A stretch of 64,000 bases of DNA from an uncultured Methanosarcinales archaeon (lineage in GTDB: Archaea; Halobacteriota; Methanosarcinia; Methanotrichales; Methanotrichaceae), in NCBI GenBank assembly GCA_963843555.1, contig CAWJKV010000007.1:128001-192000 (forward strand), in the 5' to 3' direction. A model generated the notes under the pieces. That model had not been told where the DNA came from and did no database searches. It saw nothing but the letters and a program-made list of their open reading frames with translations. Below are positions 48,886 to 58,571 of the stretch, piece after piece. A program made the translations under genes and the position numbers. Position 1 is the first letter of the stretch; each line of letters opens with the position of its first letter.

Positions 48886-49971
48886 ATGACGGTAACCTCT
48901 GATATGATGATAGTATACGCCGTAATCATAAGTCGCTTCTTGTTGCCTCTTGCCATTCCGCGATTTCCTCTTCCTGCAGTCGTGGCCTGCATGCTGTTGG
49001 ATGCAGCAGACTACCAAATTTTCAACTTCTTCACAAGTCTGCCTATTGAAAGCCTGGAATTCTATCAAGGCTATGATAAATCTCTTGATATCTATTATTT
49101 GGGCATAGCCTATATTTCCACGCTTCGCAATTGGACAAATCCCTTCGCGTTCAAGCTTGACAAGTTCCTCTTCTTTTACCGTCTTGTAGGTGTGGCCCTC
49201 TTCGAGCTGACTCAGATTAGAGCAGTTCTGCTCATCTTTCCCAACACCTTCGAGTATTTCTTTATCGCAATCGAGGCCTTCCGCATGAGGCAAGACCCAC
49301 GGAAGCTCACCAAGAGATTATTGATTATCATTGCAGCATTCATCTGGATCTACATCAAGCTCCCACAGGAGTTATGGATTCATATCATCCAGCCAAATTA
49401 CCCCGATCTGATCACTGATAATCCATGGACTATATTGGTTGCAGCAGTATGGTTTGCAGGAATAGCAGCATTTGCATGGTGGCTGCTGAAAGAGAAGCAG
49501 GCCGGTAGGCAGGTTTCATTCAAGGCGGATCCCATTCCCCAGGATTTAGCATTAAAAGCCGAGCAAAGAGGCACGACTTCGAAGTCCAATCGCTTCCTCG
49601 ATGCAGCGCTCATAGAAAAGATTGCAATGATCTCGCTTCTCAGCGTTATCTTTGCCCAGGTACTCCCGGATGTAAAGGCCAGCGGCATCCAGATCGCCAT
49701 CGGAGTGGCTTTATTAGTGATAGTTAACACTGCACTCAGCCACTGGCTTTCCAGGCGCGGGACTGAGTGGAAGTCCATTTTACAGGAGTTCGTCGTCATG
49801 GCGCTGGTGAATTTCAGCCTGATCCTGGCAGCTGACTTTCTGCTGCCCAGATTCGATGGCTCAATCAATCTTAGCACCGCGTTGTTCTTTGTCCTGCTCC
49901 TGACTCTGAATGTTACCCTCTATGACAGATATCACCAGATATATGTGCACCGATTTGCAGACAGTGGATAG
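48886..49971 (+). CDS. Conserved polytopic membrane protein
   Basis: 361 aa, many TMs, LLDAAD..YQGYDKSLDIYY..FPNTFEYFF. Confidence 0.75.
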   Translation: MTVTSDMMIVYAVIISRFLLPLAIPRFPLPAVVACMLLDAADYQIFNFFTSLPIESLEFYQGYDKSLDIYYLGIAYISTLRNWTNPFAFKLDKFLFFYRLVGVALFELTQIRAVLLIFPNTFEYFFIAIEAFRMRQDPRKLTKRLLIIIAAFIWIYIKLPQELWIHIIQPNYPDLITDNPWTILVAAVWFAGIAAFAWWLLKEKQAGRQVSFKADPIPQDLALKAEQRGTTSKSNRFLDAALIEKIAMISLLSVIFAQVLPDVKASGIQIAIGVALLVIVNTALSHWLSRRGTEWKSILQEFVVMALVNFSLILAADFLLPRFDGSINLSTALFFVLLLTLNVTLYDRYHQIYVHRFADSG

Positions 49972-50203
49972 TTGAGGTTGCGACGGCGGACGGCGGAACC
50001 CTCTGCAAGCTACGGGATAGTCCTTAAGTTCGATTTCCCTGACCAACCCAGCCTGCAGTTCGAACTACCCTCCCAGTAAGGTCGTTATTATTTGCGATTA
50101 TGATTCCGATAATGGCGGTTCCTAATCCCATCGTAACCTTGGCGGATGAGTTGCGCTCATGTGCTCGGTAGTATACGATTTACAGCAACATGACACGCTA
50201 CCG

Positions 50204-50252
50204 TTCATAACTTATCATACTTCTATGATTCTTTCTTAAATAAGTATTAATT
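50204..50252 (+). promoter_or_regulatory. 49-bp conserved promoter element, copy 13 (crystallin gene)
   Basis: TTCATAACTTATCATACTTCTATGATTCTTTCTTAAATAAGTATTAATT. Confidence 0.8.
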
Positions 50253-50287
50253 TGATGGAATTCCAATAAGTCTGATTAGGTGATAAA

Positions 50288-50656
50288 ATGAAATTCACTG
50301 GAAAAATAGCCATGGGAATACTAATCGCCGCAGTTGCGCTAATTGCGGTTGGCATCGCCCAAAACGAGACTGCAACAGAGATTCCCGAAGCAATAGTATT
50401 TTCAGGTACTATGATGGAGGGTAATCACAGACATGTCTTTATGAGTATACCAGATTTGACTGTTGGCTCAAATGAGTGGAACGATGACATCTCATCGATT
50501 GTAGTCATTTCCGGGGAATGGACTTTCTTTGAGGCTCCTCTAGGCGCCGGGGAAGTGCCAAATCCATCCGTTACATTGGGGCCCGGAGTTTATCCTGATG
50601 TAGCGAAAGAGAAAATACCGGACAATTCTATCTCACAAATCCGTTTAGAAGCCTAG
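50288..50656 (+). CDS. Secreted beta/gamma-crystallin domain protein
   Basis: Signal peptide; WNDDISSIVVISGEWTFF and LGPGVYPD...DNSISQIR Greek-key motifs. Confidence 0.8.
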   Translation: MKFTGKIAMGILIAAVALIAVGIAQNETATEIPEAIVFSGTMMEGNHRHVFMSIPDLTVGSNEWNDDISSIVVISGEWTFFEAPLGAGEVPNPSVTLGPGVYPDVAKEKIPDNSISQIRLEA

Positions 50657-50947
50657 ACGAAAAAAGCAGGTAAGGCCTAAGCAGGATCCTTGGGGTCCAG
50701 GCTTTATCTGTTCTATCCTTTTTCCTTTGAGAGTGTAATAGAAAGCATCGATGAATCCTGATTCGCACCCAAAACTATGAAAACGATTTCAGGGAAACAT
50801 ATTTTGATATGGTTGAAGGCTGCTGAATAGCTAGGGATCTGGATCCCATCATAAAAGTAGCCCGACTCTCTCTTGAGCGTTGACTGAGCAATAAACAAGA
50901 TCAAGAATCGGGCCTTCTCACCATTGCCACCACTCTGTCTCCAGATT

Positions 50948-51133
50948 TTAGCGATTTAATCTTTCTTCTGTTTCTGCGACTTTCTTTTGAGTCATGGCAA
51001 GGCGTTTTTAAAGGCTCATTCTCGGCATGAGCCTGTCCGAGCAGCCTCTCAACTCCGCAATCCTTGCCTCGTACTTGTACCTCTTGCCATTGCCGCTAAA
51101 CGCTTTTTCGGGATTCTCGCCCAATTCATCTCT
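50948..51133 (-). mobile_element. Degraded IS3-family-like transposase OrfA fragment
   Basis: Minus strand ENPEKAFSGNGKRYKYEARIAEL, then in a shifted frame RLLGQAHAENE, resembling an OrfA C-terminal leucine zipper; no IRs or OrfB seen. Confidence 0.55.
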
Positions 51134-51197
51134 TGAAGTCCCGGTCATAGCGCCGCCTCGTCTTCTTCATGTACTTCCCTCCATGAGTTGATGTTAC

Positions 51198-51851
51198 TTA
51201 ACTCATTTTCCACTGGGCGGGGTTCACTCCAAAGGAGTAGTATAATTGCGCCGCAACATACCCGGCAAGAGCGATTCTTGGAGAGAATAACGCAAAGATT
51301 ATCGCACAGCCAGTAATAACGGCGGCAATTTGCCGCCTCCGCTTCAAAGCATTAAGCTCGCCTCTTGCCGACTCATCGACGAGGATATCGGGAGTGCTGA
51401 CTGCTGAACGTATGATCGTGTTCATCATAGCCGATGCTGCCAGTAGATCTAACCCGTAGATTATTACCGGGAAAGCTGGATAGGGGCCATCGATGTGAGT
51501 AGCCATGAACTTCGTAGTGAATGGAAGCAGCGACACGAAGAACAGCATTAAAAGAGTAAATCGGTACGAACGGGGGGTTTCTTGTTTGGTCAAATAGGTG
51601 ATTGAAGAATGCGCTAGCCAAAAACTACCGATAAATGCAAAGCTTATGATGTAAGCGAAGAAATCAGGCCATAATGGCATAAGCGCTGTAAAATCTTCGG
51701 ATGCCTCTGGTATGGGTAGATCGAGCACCAGTAACGTGATGACTATCGCAAACACGCCATCAGCGAATGCATCTAAACGACCTTTGGAAAGGGATTTCAT
51801 TATGTTATCCACTTCAATGAGCAATAGGCCGGAGGCTGTACCTTTTGGCAT
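51198..51851 (-). CDS. TMEM175 family channel, second copy (probable start ATG 51801)
   Basis: Near-identical to 45210-45830. Confidence 0.88.
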   Translation of the reverse strand: MPKGTASGLLLIEVDNIMKSLSKGRLDAFADGVFAIVITLLVLDLPIPEASEDFTALMPLWPDFFAYIISFAFIGSFWLAHSSITYLTKQETPRSYRFTLLMLFFVSLLPFTTKFMATHIDGPYPAFPVIIYGLDLLAASAMMNTIIRSAVSTPDILVDESARGELNALKRRRQIAAVITGCAIIFALFSPRIALAGYVAAQLYYSFGVNPAQWKMS

Positions 51852-51887
51852 GGGAATTCCAGTGCAATCATCTTTGCATGACTCATC

Positions 51888-51977
51888 TCATCCCTCCCAA
51901 ACAATGGTCACAATTGTAAGCGTCACAAACAATGCTTGGGCAGCTCCCAGCAATGCCAGGAGTGCCAAGATCGTCAT
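51888..51977 (-). pseudogene. Remnant of the four-TM membrane gene seen at 5537-5935
   Basis: MTILALLALLGAAQALFVTL vs ITILAILALIGAAQALIITL. Confidence 0.6.
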
Positions 51978-51990
51978 GATAAATGACAGC

Positions 51991-52512
51991 CTACTTCTTC
52001 TTTTTTGCCTCTGCGAGCGCTGCACCCATCAAGATTATCGCTTCAGGTTGAAGCAGACCCTGCGAGATCAAGACCCCGTTCGAGTTTCGAAGAGCTTCTT
52101 TTATGCCCTTTGCCCATAAATGCTCAACGAGCATTATAAGCGCGGAGCTATTATTGGGGATCTTGTCTGCCCCTAAATTCAAGATATCGTCTATTGAATA
52201 ACCAAAGCTCCCATCAGCCGCCAATTCTGCACCAGCCTCTGCACCGGCTTTCGCCCCTTCAATCCCGCCTGCGCCCAAACCAAGAAGTGCACCAACCGCG
52301 GCCCCCAGTTTAATAACCTCATCTTTTCCTAAATCTGTGCCTTCAATAGAGGTGATATTTCCTTTCGCATCCTTTGTTACGAAAAGGTAGTCAATTAAAC
52401 GAATGACGCCCTTCTTCTTGGCATCATTTAGAGCTGGAAGGATCTCTCCACTGAACTTGTTACCAGGAAACCCGATAACAAACATCTGTATTGGTCCATA
52501 CATCACTGTCAT
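51991..52512 (-). CDS. DUF6325/DUF1269-like protein
   Basis: YGPIQMFVIGFPGNKFSGEILPAL...GVIRLIDYLFVTKD...SSALIMLVEHLWAK. Confidence 0.85.
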   Translation of the reverse strand: MTVMYGPIQMFVIGFPGNKFSGEILPALNDAKKKGVIRLIDYLFVTKDAKGNITSIEGTDLGKDEVIKLGAAVGALLGLGAGGIEGAKAGAEAGAELAADGSFGYSIDDILNLGADKIPNNSSALIMLVEHLWAKGIKEALRNSNGVLISQGLLQPEAIILMGAALAEAKKKK

Positions 52513-52568
52513 GATTCATTCCTCTTATTTCTAATTCCACTAATAACAATTATACAAGCTTTTTTTGA

Positions 52569-52617
52569 GATATATAGCTTTTTGAGATTCCTGCATAAAA
52601 GTATGAATAGTTATGAA
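52569..52617 (-). promoter_or_regulatory. 49-bp conserved promoter element, copy 14
   Basis: Minus strand TTCATAACTATTCATACTTTTATGCAGGAATCTCAAAAAGCTATATATC. Confidence 0.85.
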
Positions 52618-52712
52618 GCATGAGGCAATAAGATCATATTTAACAGGACGATCGGAGACCTGAAGATCACCGGCTGGCTGACATCTTTTATATGATCGGC
52701 ATGCTGTAGACC

Positions 52713-52761
52713 TTCATAATTATTCATACTATTATGAAAGCATCTCAAAAATCTCTATCTA
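52713..52761 (+). promoter_or_regulatory. 49-bp conserved promoter element, copy 15 (second sulfatase)
   Basis: TTCATAATTATTCATACTATTATGAAAGCATCTCAAAAATCTCTATCTA. Confidence 0.8.
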
Positions 52762-52846
52762 CTTCAGTAGTTAACATTGAAATCCTATTAGAATCATGTC
52801 CAAAGAATACGAAAAAATTTGAAATAAAGATGCAAGGAGAATCACA

Positions 52847-55213
52847 ATGGCAACAATCAAGACTTATAAAGACGGAGCGCCGTTCACCGGCGTTATCGGA
52901 CGTACCATAGAGGAATCCTCGCCTGCCTGGCCGGAGCCCCCGCGCTCCGCAGCAGGTGCGCCCAATGTCATCTTCTTCGTGCTGGATGATGTCGGCTACG
53001 GGCAGTTGTCGAGCTTCGGCGGGCTGGTCGAGACTCCCGTGCTTGACAGCCTGGCCAAAAGAGGCCTGCGTTATACCAACATGCATACCACGGCTCTCTG
53101 CTCTCCGTCCCGAGGTTGCATCCTGACCGGCCGGAATCACCACTCGCTCGGGCTTGCATCAATCACCGAGACCTCCACCGGCTACCCCGGCTACAACGGA
53201 ATCATGCCTTTCGATAAGGGCATGCTCAGCGAGATGCTGCTGCAAAAGGGCTACAATACCTTCTTTGCAGGGAAGTGGCATCTCTCGCCTCCTGAACACG
53301 AGACGCCGGCCGGCCCCTATGATCGCTGGCCGCTTGGCCGTGGCTTCGAGCGTTTCTACGGCTTCCTGGGTGGCGACACAAATCAGTGGTACCCGGAACT
53401 GGTCTACGACAATCACTCGGTCGAGCAGCCCTCGCAGCCTGAGGAAGGTTACCACCTGAGCATCGACCTGGCTGATAAAGCCATCCAGTTCATTATGGAT
53501 GCGCATGTCAACGCGCCGGACAAACCTTTCTTCCTGGAATACTCAACAGGCGCCGGTCATGCGCCGCATCACGTTCCAAAAGAGTGGGCAGACAAGTACA
53601 GGGGTAAGTTCGACATGGGCTGGGACGAGTACCGCAAGATCGTCCACCAGCGCCAGATTGAGATGGGTATCGTTCCCAAAGGGACCGAACTTTCTCCGCA
53701 TGACCCAGATATTCCCGTCTGGGATACGCTATCACCAGATGCGAAAAGACTCTTTGCCCGAATGATGGAGGTCTTTGCTGGATTTGTAAGCTTCACCGAT
53801 CATCATTTTGGGCGCGTCGTCAAATTCCTCGAAGAGATCGGCGAGCTGGAGAACACTCTGATCATCGTCATCTCCGACAACGGTGCCAGCGCTGAAGGTG
53901 GCCTGGTCGGATCGCTCAATGAGATGTGCTTCTTTAACAATGTGGCTGAATCGGTTGAGGATAACCTCAAGATGATCGACAAGCTGGGCGGGGTGGAGCT
54001 TTTCAATCACTATGCCTGGGGCTGGACAAATGCAGGTAACACACCGTTCCGCCGCTGGAAACGTGAGACCTACCGGGGCGGCAGCACCGATCCCTGTATA
54101 GTCTTCTGGCCTAAAGGTATAAAGGCCAGGGGAGAGGTGCGCTTGCAGTATGCGCATATCATCGACCTTGTCCCAACGGTCCTGGAGGCACTTGGTCTGG
54201 AAGCTCCGACCAACATCCGGGGCGTGGCCCAGGCACCTATTGAAGGCGTAAGTTTTGCCCATACCTTTAACGACAATGCTGCGCCCAGCCATCACCACAC
54301 CCAGTACTTTGAGATGTTCGGTCACCGCTCCATCTACCATGACGGCTGGCGGGCGGTCTGCCCGTGGCCAGGCACGAGTTTCGTCGAGGCCGCCAAGAAG
54401 GGCCGTCATTTCGGCTCTGTCATCACTAACGAAGTTCTATTGGATATCGAACAAAACGACTGGGAGCTATACAACGTGGCCGAAGACTATTCCGAATCCC
54501 ACAACCTGGCCGCCACGCACCGCAATAAATTGATTGAAATGATAGGTCGATGGTATACTGAAGCGGGCAAGTACAATGTGATGCCGATAGACGGCAGTGT
54601 CATCCAGCGTTTAACTGTGGAACGTCCGACGATATCCAGACCAAGGGACAGGTTTGTCTTCTACCAGAACGGGTCTCCAGTTCCATTTGCTGCAGCGCCC
54701 AAGACATACAACCGCCCATGGTCGATCACAGCCGAAGTAGTGGTCCCAGAGGGTGGCGCCGAGGGCGTTCTAATCGCCCAGGGCGGCCGGACTGGCGGAT
54801 ACACCTTCTTCGTGAAGGATAAGCGACTCCACTTCCTTTACAATTTCCTCAACCGCGATAAATTCTGGCTGCATTCCAACGAGATGGTTCCTGAGGGTGA
54901 AGTCGAACTCCGCTACGAGTTCGAGCCTACCGGAAAACCGGATTTTGCGAAAGGGAAAGGTGTGCCGGCCCGAGGTCAGCTTTACATCAACCGCAAGCTG
55001 GCTGCAAACATCGACATGCCCCATACAGTTCCAATCATGTTCGGGACAGAAGGCCTGACCTGCGGCTACGATGGCGGCGCTCCCGTTGCCCCAGAGGAGT
55101 ACAGCGATACATTCCCCTTCACAGGGACTATCAGCCGGGTCACCCTGGACCTATCAGGAGAGTTGATCAAGGATGCTGAAGCCGATCTGAAGGTGGCAAT
55201 GGCCCGGCAGTAA
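52847..55213 (+). CDS. Arylsulfatase (Cys-type), paralog of 24455-26803
   Basis: PNVIFFVLDDVGYG, LCSPSRGCILTGR, GKWHL, SDNGAS. Confidence 0.93.
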   Translation: MATIKTYKDGAPFTGVIGRTIEESSPAWPEPPRSAAGAPNVIFFVLDDVGYGQLSSFGGLVETPVLDSLAKRGLRYTNMHTTALCSPSRGCILTGRNHHSLGLASITETSTGYPGYNGIMPFDKGMLSEMLLQKGYNTFFAGKWHLSPPEHETPAGPYDRWPLGRGFERFYGFLGGDTNQWYPELVYDNHSVEQPSQPEEGYHLSIDLADKAIQFIMDAHVNAPDKPFFLEYSTGAGHAPHHVPKEWADKYRGKFDMGWDEYRKIVHQRQIEMGIVPKGTELSPHDPDIPVWDTLSPDAKRLFARMMEVFAGFVSFTDHHFGRVVKFLEEIGELENTLIIVISDNGASAEGGLVGSLNEMCFFNNVAESVEDNLKMIDKLGGVELFNHYAWGWTNAGNTPFRRWKRETYRGGSTDPCIVFWPKGIKARGEVRLQYAHIIDLVPTVLEALGLEAPTNIRGVAQAPIEGVSFAHTFNDNAAPSHHHTQYFEMFGHRSIYHDGWRAVCPWPGTSFVEAAKKGRHFGSVITNEVLLDIEQNDWELYNVAEDYSESHNLAATHRNKLIEMIGRWYTEAGKYNVMPIDGSVIQRLTVERPTISRPRDRFVFYQNGSPVPFAAAPKTYNRPWSITAEVVVPEGGAEGVLIAQGGRTGGYTFFVKDKRLHFLYNFLNRDKFWLHSNEMVPEGEVELRYEFEPTGKPDFAKGKGVPARGQLYINRKLAANIDMPHTVPIMFGTEGLTCGYDGGAPVAPEEYSDTFPFTGTISRVTLDLSGELIKDAEADLKVAMARQ

Positions 55214-55404
55214 GTCGCTTGAGAGGTACCAAGAAGCATAGGCCTGTATGTCATCCAAAGTGGTCGTCGAAGGATAGCCGTATCGAATCCTGCGCCTGAA
55301 TAATCCCCACCAGGTAATTGTGGAAGCCTGGTGGGGGCGCCTTCATTATAAGGAGGCTCGGCCGATATCGTATGTTATTATTCCGAATTATGCTTCCAAG
55401 GCGC

Positions 55405-55880
55405 ATGAGAAAAACTGAGAAATTTGTACCGGGGATAGGACTCATTCGCGGCTATAACCGAGGTTGGCTTAAGACCGACACGGCCGCAGCAGTCACTGTT
55501 TTCGCCATTCTCGTCCCTTCGGCTCTGGCCTATGGTGAGCTGGCCGTTTCGAGCCGGTGATAGGACTGTATGCAGTTCTGGCCGCCATGGTCGCATATGC
55601 GCTCTTTGGCAGTTCAAGGCAGGTCATCATTGGGCCTGAGGCGACAACTGCTATCCTGGTGGCAACTATAGTCTGGCCGTTGGCTGGCGGAGATGTTGCC
55701 CGTTATGCCGCCCTGGAGGCGGCTCTGGCCATATCCATCGACTTCTTATGTCTTCTTGCGGGCCACTACAAGATCAGTTTTGTGGCAGATTTTCTCTCAA
55801 AGCCCATCCTCACAGGTACATAACCGGGACCGCCCTGATAGTAATCGCCAGCCAGTTGGGCAAGCTTTTCGGCATCTCAA
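55405..55880 (+). pseudogene. Truncated, frameshifted SulP transporter fragment
   Basis: WLKTDTAAAVTVFAILVPSALAYGELA / IGLYAVLAAMVAYALFGSSRQVIIGP / YITGTALIVIASQLGKLFG in three frames, then similarity ends. Confidence 0.8.
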
Positions 55881-55974
55881 GAATGCTGAGCATCAAGGAC
55901 AGACCATGCCTGATTCCTGGCCACAACGTTTTGGCCTATACACCCACCCGGCATTCATAGCTCCTGATGTAGCT

Positions 55975-57684
55975 TCAGCGATATTCTGCCAAATAGGCAT
56001 CAGCTCCCTCGCGTACCGAAATGTAGAAATGGTCGGCACCGATGACCTTCTCCAGCCCAGATTTTCGAAGGTATTCCCGCACATCCTTGTTCATGCGAGA
56101 AAAGCGCAGTTCGACATTTGATCTGACCAGTTCGCCATGAAGCTTCTCCAGCATATCAAGGGCAGTGGTATCGATGTCAGAAACGGATTCAAGATCGACG
56201 AGCACCATTCGGACAGTCGGATCCTCTGCCACAAGTGATCTAACTCTATCCCGGAAATTGGGGGCATTGGCAAAGAACAGCAAGCCGTCAAATCGCAGGA
56301 TAAGCAGGCCGGGATAAGTTTCGACCCCGGAGTAGTTATCAATATTCCTGAAAACGTCTTTACCGGGAACTTTTCCCAGGATCACGGTTGATGGCGCTTT
56401 GATCCTTCGTAGCAGCTGTAGAAGCGATAGAAGCACAGCAAACACCAGTCCAGGAAGTATGCCGAGCACCAGCACACCCAGCAAGGCCACAGACGCGGCC
56501 AGATAATCGTCAAACCGGATTCTATGGAGACGGGAGAGCTTCGAGAAGTCGATCAAATGCCACACGGCATGAATGACTATAGCGCCGAGCGTGGCTTCAG
56601 GAAGGTTTTGAAATAGTGGTGTGAGGGCAACAATAGTGATCACCACCATTGCTGCAAAAATAATAGAGGACATCTGGCTCTTGACCCCTGCCTGGTCGGC
56701 GGCCGATGAACGGGACATGCTGCCATCGACCACAAATCCCTGACTGAGGCCTGCTCCAAGGTTGGCAAAGCCAAGGGCAACCATCTCCTGGTTGGAATCC
56801 ACCTCATATCCGTGGTTGGTGGCATAAGACCGTGCAATAGCCACCGATTCCGAAAATGCCACCAGCACGATTCCGGCAGCTCCTGGCAAAAGCATTACCA
56901 GTTCTGAAAATGTAATACCTGATGGCAGTCCGAATGAAGGCAGTCCTGTTGGGATGTATCCCACGACCTGAACCCCATGCGCCTCTAAATTTAAGAGAGA
57001 TGACGCCAATATGCTCAGCACCATGACTGCCAGAGCAGCCGGTATTTTCGGAACGAATTTGTGGATGGCAAAGAGCAGGACCAGGCTGATAATGCCAACG
57101 GAAAGTGTTGGAATATGGGCCAGGCCCAGGTCACGGATGAAGAACCATAGCTCTTGAAAAAAGCCTGCACTTTCAACGCTGTAACCGAGCATTTTGTCCA
57201 GCTGGCCGGCCACAATGGTCAAAGCCAGCCCTATTATAAAGCCGGTCAGGACCGGATTGGACATGAAATCGACCAGAACTCCAAAGCGCAGCAGCCCGGA
57301 TGCGACCAAAAGGACTCCGACCAGAATAGCCAGTACAGCTGCCAGGATGACAAACCGCTCCGGGTCGCCGGTCGCCACTGGAGCCAACACCAGCGCAGAC
57401 ATGATGGCCACAGTGGAACTGGGACCAACTGTCATGTGACGTGAGGTGCCGAAGATGGCATAGCCGAGCGCAGCCAGCGGAGCGGCATAGAGTCCTGCTT
57501 CAGGCGGAACTCCCGCGAGCGATGCATAAGCCATTCCTTCCGGCACGAACATCGCCCAAACCGTCAGAGCAGCCACCAAATCCCAGCGCAGCCAGGATCT
57601 GTCGTATCTTGGCAGCCAACTTAGAATAGGAAGAAAGGATTTGATTGATGACCTGGGTCGATGATTTTGTGGCTTTTCGGACAT
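55975..57684 (-). CDS. SulP family anion transporter with STAS domain
   Basis: DLVAALTVWAMFVPEGMAYA, FGTSRHMTVGP, NQEMVALG, GSMSRS, LFFANA STAS. Confidence 0.93.
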   Translation of the reverse strand: MSEKPQNHRPRSSIKSFLPILSWLPRYDRSWLRWDLVAALTVWAMFVPEGMAYASLAGVPPEAGLYAAPLAALGYAIFGTSRHMTVGPSSTVAIMSALVLAPVATGDPERFVILAAVLAILVGVLLVASGLLRFGVLVDFMSNPVLTGFIIGLALTIVAGQLDKMLGYSVESAGFFQELWFFIRDLGLAHIPTLSVGIISLVLLFAIHKFVPKIPAALAVMVLSILASSLLNLEAHGVQVVGYIPTGLPSFGLPSGITFSELVMLLPGAAGIVLVAFSESVAIARSYATNHGYEVDSNQEMVALGFANLGAGLSQGFVVDGSMSRSSAADQAGVKSQMSSIIFAAMVVITIVALTPLFQNLPEATLGAIVIHAVWHLIDFSKLSRLHRIRFDDYLAASVALLGVLVLGILPGLVFAVLLSLLQLLRRIKAPSTVILGKVPGKDVFRNIDNYSGVETYPGLLILRFDGLLFFANAPNFRDRVRSLVAEDPTVRMVLVDLESVSDIDTTALDMLEKLHGELVRSNVELRFSRMNKDVREYLRKSGLEKVIGADHFYISVREGADAYLAEYR

Positions 57685-57840
57685 CTGATCACTTCTGTCT
57701 TTTTTGATTTTTCAGCTCTCCGAATGGCTGTTGTCTCCCGGATTAAATAGACCAACATCATGATGAGGGCCAGAATCCCTACCAACATCCCATTCTGGGA
57801 GAGCGGAGGCCTATCTCATCCAATAGCTGAAGGATTTATC

Positions 57841-58320
57841 TCAAAGATTCAATCTCCAGAGGGAGTAATTCAAGTAGGCTGCAACGCTTACCCATATAAT
57901 ATAAGGCACAAGCAAGAGCGCCGCCGTTTTGTTTATGGGCCAGAATTTTATGATAGTTATGAGAATCAAGATCCACAGAACGGCAATTACCAGGAGACCG
58001 CTGGCCGGGGATCGGAGGGTGAAAAAAGCCACGTTCCAGAGAACATTGACTACGAGCTGGGCAGCAAAGAAATATAGAGCGGTTCTTGCGGCCGGATTTC
58101 CGGGAACTTCCCGCCAGATAAGAAAAAGAGATACGCCCATTAGAGTGAATAGAATGATCCAGATCAATCCAATAGTCGAGCCGGGTGGCGTAAAAGAGGG
58201 CTTGATAAGAGTAGGATACCAATCGGCTAGAGATCCTGCTGTCAATACCGAGCCTACTATGCCTGCCGTTTGGCATATGATGATGCTCAGAATAAGACGA
58301 AAGAGGTCGTTCTTGTCCAT
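57841..58320 (-). CDS. tspO: TspO/MBR tryptophan-rich sensory protein
   Basis: WYPTLIKPSFTPP, QLVVNVLW..AFF, LLVPYIIWVSVAAYLN. Confidence 0.9.
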   Translation of the reverse strand: MDKNDLFRLILSIIICQTAGIVGSVLTAGSLADWYPTLIKPSFTPPGSTIGLIWIILFTLMGVSLFLIWREVPGNPAARTALYFFAAQLVVNVLWNVAFFTLRSPASGLLVIAVLWILILITIIKFWPINKTAALLLVPYIIWVSVAAYLNYSLWRLNL

Positions 58321-58571
58321 ATACCAGCCCTCAAAGGAGATAGCCTCTATTTTTCAACTTTAGGTCTTTAAGTTCCAATTAGTTAAATGTTTTGGTGTTT
58401 CTACTTAAATTTAAATTTCTTACCTGAAACCTGCAGAAAAGTTACCATTCCATGCTCTATTGAGGCAAAAACGAGAACCATAAAATTCTCTATAGATGCT
58501 TTGGCCAAGACAGATAAGGGCGCAAAGCCCTGTCAACCGCAGACAATATATACAAAACACCATCTATTATT

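Noticed and set aside
6566..52761. The 49-bp element as a CRISPR repeat, MITE or integron attC site
   Set aside because: Copies are dispersed rather than arrayed with spacers, have no terminal inverted repeats or target duplications, no cas or integrase gene is present, and orientation always follows the downstream gene
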